Shown one piece after another: positions 35,100-64,000 of a DNA stretch of 64,000 nt; position 1 is the stretch's first letter; every line of letters begins with the position of its first letter. This stretch comes from Schmidtea polychroa (lineage: Eukaryota), in NCBI GenBank assembly GCA_044892525.1, contig CM097885.1, positions 5,334,001 through 5,398,000 on the forward strand, read 5' to 3'. The notes under the pieces were generated by a model. That model ran no database searches, was not told where the DNA came from, and saw only the letters and a list, made by a program, of their open reading frames with translations. The translations under genes were made by a program, and so were the position numbers.

Positions 35100-35301
35100 A
35101 TATTATTAGTTAAACTGCTTAATGTCAGCCGTCAAATAAAATAGAATTTGAAGTTATTATTCTCGCCCGTTTTACGGACTATTTTAATTGGTCATTTTTT
35201 TACGGACGAATATAAGAAGATAGAGAATCTATTTTTGCCATCTATTCCTTTTATCTGGATCAGTGGTAATATATGGAATCGTTGGATAAAGATTTAACCA
35301 A

Positions 35302-61805
<26,504 letters not shown>

Positions 61806-61837
61806 CTACAAATTTACTATTATTATTATTACTATTA

Positions 61838-61907
<70 letters not shown>

Positions 61908-61909
61908 TA

Positions 61910-61977
<68 letters not shown>

Positions 61978-62224
61978 ATTATTAATATTATTATTATCAT
62001 TAATATTATTATCATTATTATTATTATTATTGAAGATTTCTTGATAGCAGAATAAATTCAATTTTAAGCAAGTTAATGATAATATAAGTCTTTTCTGCAA
62101 AATATGTATTTAGAATGAGAAAATTTTAAAAGAATTATGTTGTAATGGGAAATTTTCTCATTTAATACATTTATCAGCAGCCTTATTTTATCTTTTAATT
62201 TTTCAAAATCATTATTATTTTTCA

Positions 62225-62363
<139 letters not shown>

Positions 62364-63243
62364 GATTATTATTACTATTATTACTCAAGTCAGTAGTAAC
62401 ATATATGAATAAATTGTCATCTAATTTATAAATCCCAAGTGATCAGATTTCCTTATCAAAAATCACAGGATCAATGATCCAAAAGAATGCACTTAGCAAG
62501 CCTCTACTATGAAAAATGTAATTTTTCTGCACGCAAAAATCGATCATTCGTAAATTAATTCAAAATTTTCACACGAATCAATCAGAATTTTTACTAGGAA
62601 TGTCGAAATTAATTTTCCATCGGCTTCTTGAATGATGGTATGAGTATCGGTCAATGCCTCGAGGAATGGATACCCAGGACATTTCCATCTAACCGTAATC
62701 CTCATAGGAATTGTGAATTATAACCTCATTATTGCCCTTCTATTTCTAGGAGATTGAAATCGTGATTGTATCAATTTGCTCGTAATGTTTGTTTCCAGTT
62801 CAATGGAATGGGAACTTTTAAAAGCTCGAGGTCGGTAGGAAATTCGACACTGTATATGATGGATACAGCCAGAGTTCATTCAAAAAGACTGAATTAGCCA
62901 TGAGAACAATTGTTTGCTTCAGAGTCACAAATGATGCCAGAATATTAAATATAATGTATAAACTCGCTAAAAGAAACGTGTAAGCTAATATTTATATAAA
63001 CAGAACTGATATTAAGTTTCTCAGAGCATGATTATAAATATACAAGGAGAATTATATAGGTCGCGGAGGAGATTATCGTGAATACTAAAAAAGAAATATA
63101 TTTTTTATACTATATAATATTTTATTACTAAGTTTTGCAGTTGTTATATTAATAATAATATTATAATAATAACTATATAATAATAATATAATAATATAAT
63201 ATAATAAAAATAATATAATAATAATAATATAGTAATAATAATA

Positions 63244-63286
<43 letters not shown>

Positions 63287-63302
63287 CATAATAATAATAA
63301 TC

Positions 63303-63369
<67 letters not shown>

Positions 63370-64000
63370 GAAGAAGAAGAAGAAGAATAACATGAACATA
63401 ACATAAAAATTAGAAAAAGCCAATCAAACATCACTTATACAAGATATTTCAAAACGTTTACTGTCATCATTAGGTAGAAACGGAAAAACAAAATCCATAA
63501 ACCAAATAATTCCTTTATTTAAAAAACTAATTTTATTAAAACATAAATTGTATTTTTAAATTTAAACAAACATTTTTATTAAATTTAATAATTTTTGCAT
63601 TCTTAAAAATCATCATTTTGTACGTTAGTTTTCCATGTAACACTTCAAATACAGCAATACAAATATAAGCACATCATGCTTTCCATACATACTGCTCTTT
63701 AATTGTGTTCACTAAGAATTTCCTCCGTTGACAGTGATCAAGAGCTTGAGTACAGAGATGACGAGTAGTCATTTCTATATAGGTGGCATTACACCAATTT
63801 ATATTTCAATTGTTAATCAAGATTCGAATACAACTTAAATAGTATTTGAAATCGACTAATAAACACAAAGTACAAACAGCGGGGTAATAAATCGGAATGA
63901 TTACCATTACTGGAGAAAAGGATTTCGTAACATTTAGTGAATGCAATAAAAATTTTAATTTTTTTGTTTTTCTTTAATCTTCTAAACCACTTTTTTGTAA

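Noticed and set aside
62400..64000. Upstream (pro-domain) exons of the convertase
   Set aside because: No RxKR or FNDP..W motif found; they probably lie beyond the window.

Overview
Very AT-rich eukaryotic (animal) DNA with many (ATT)n microsatellites and 33-75 nt GT-AG introns; a planarian-like flatworm is my inference, not established. The main feature is a 14.7 kb Maverick/Polinton-type element (13548-28270) with AGTAGT...ACTACT termini and a perfect 6 bp target-site duplication (ATTTAC). It is almost entirely one palindrome: two near-identical ~7 kb inverted arms around a 614 bp spacer, with no intact integrase, polymerase, ATPase or capsid ORF. It looks like a copy-back or snap-back defective genome integrated in trans. 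Two host genes lie on the minus strand: a furin/PC-like proprotein convertase whose catalytic domain is split by a 21.7 kb TE-filled intron, and the 5' exons of a possible SLC4 bicarbonate transporter. The rest is TE debris: two Mutator-like elements, three hAT/Charlie derivatives, a pogo/Tigger-like MITE, a Merlin transposase relic, satellites, and Penelope-like fragments, one carrying inverted pseudo-LTRs with minimal hammerhead ribozyme motifs. All assignments are by eye; no database searches were run.
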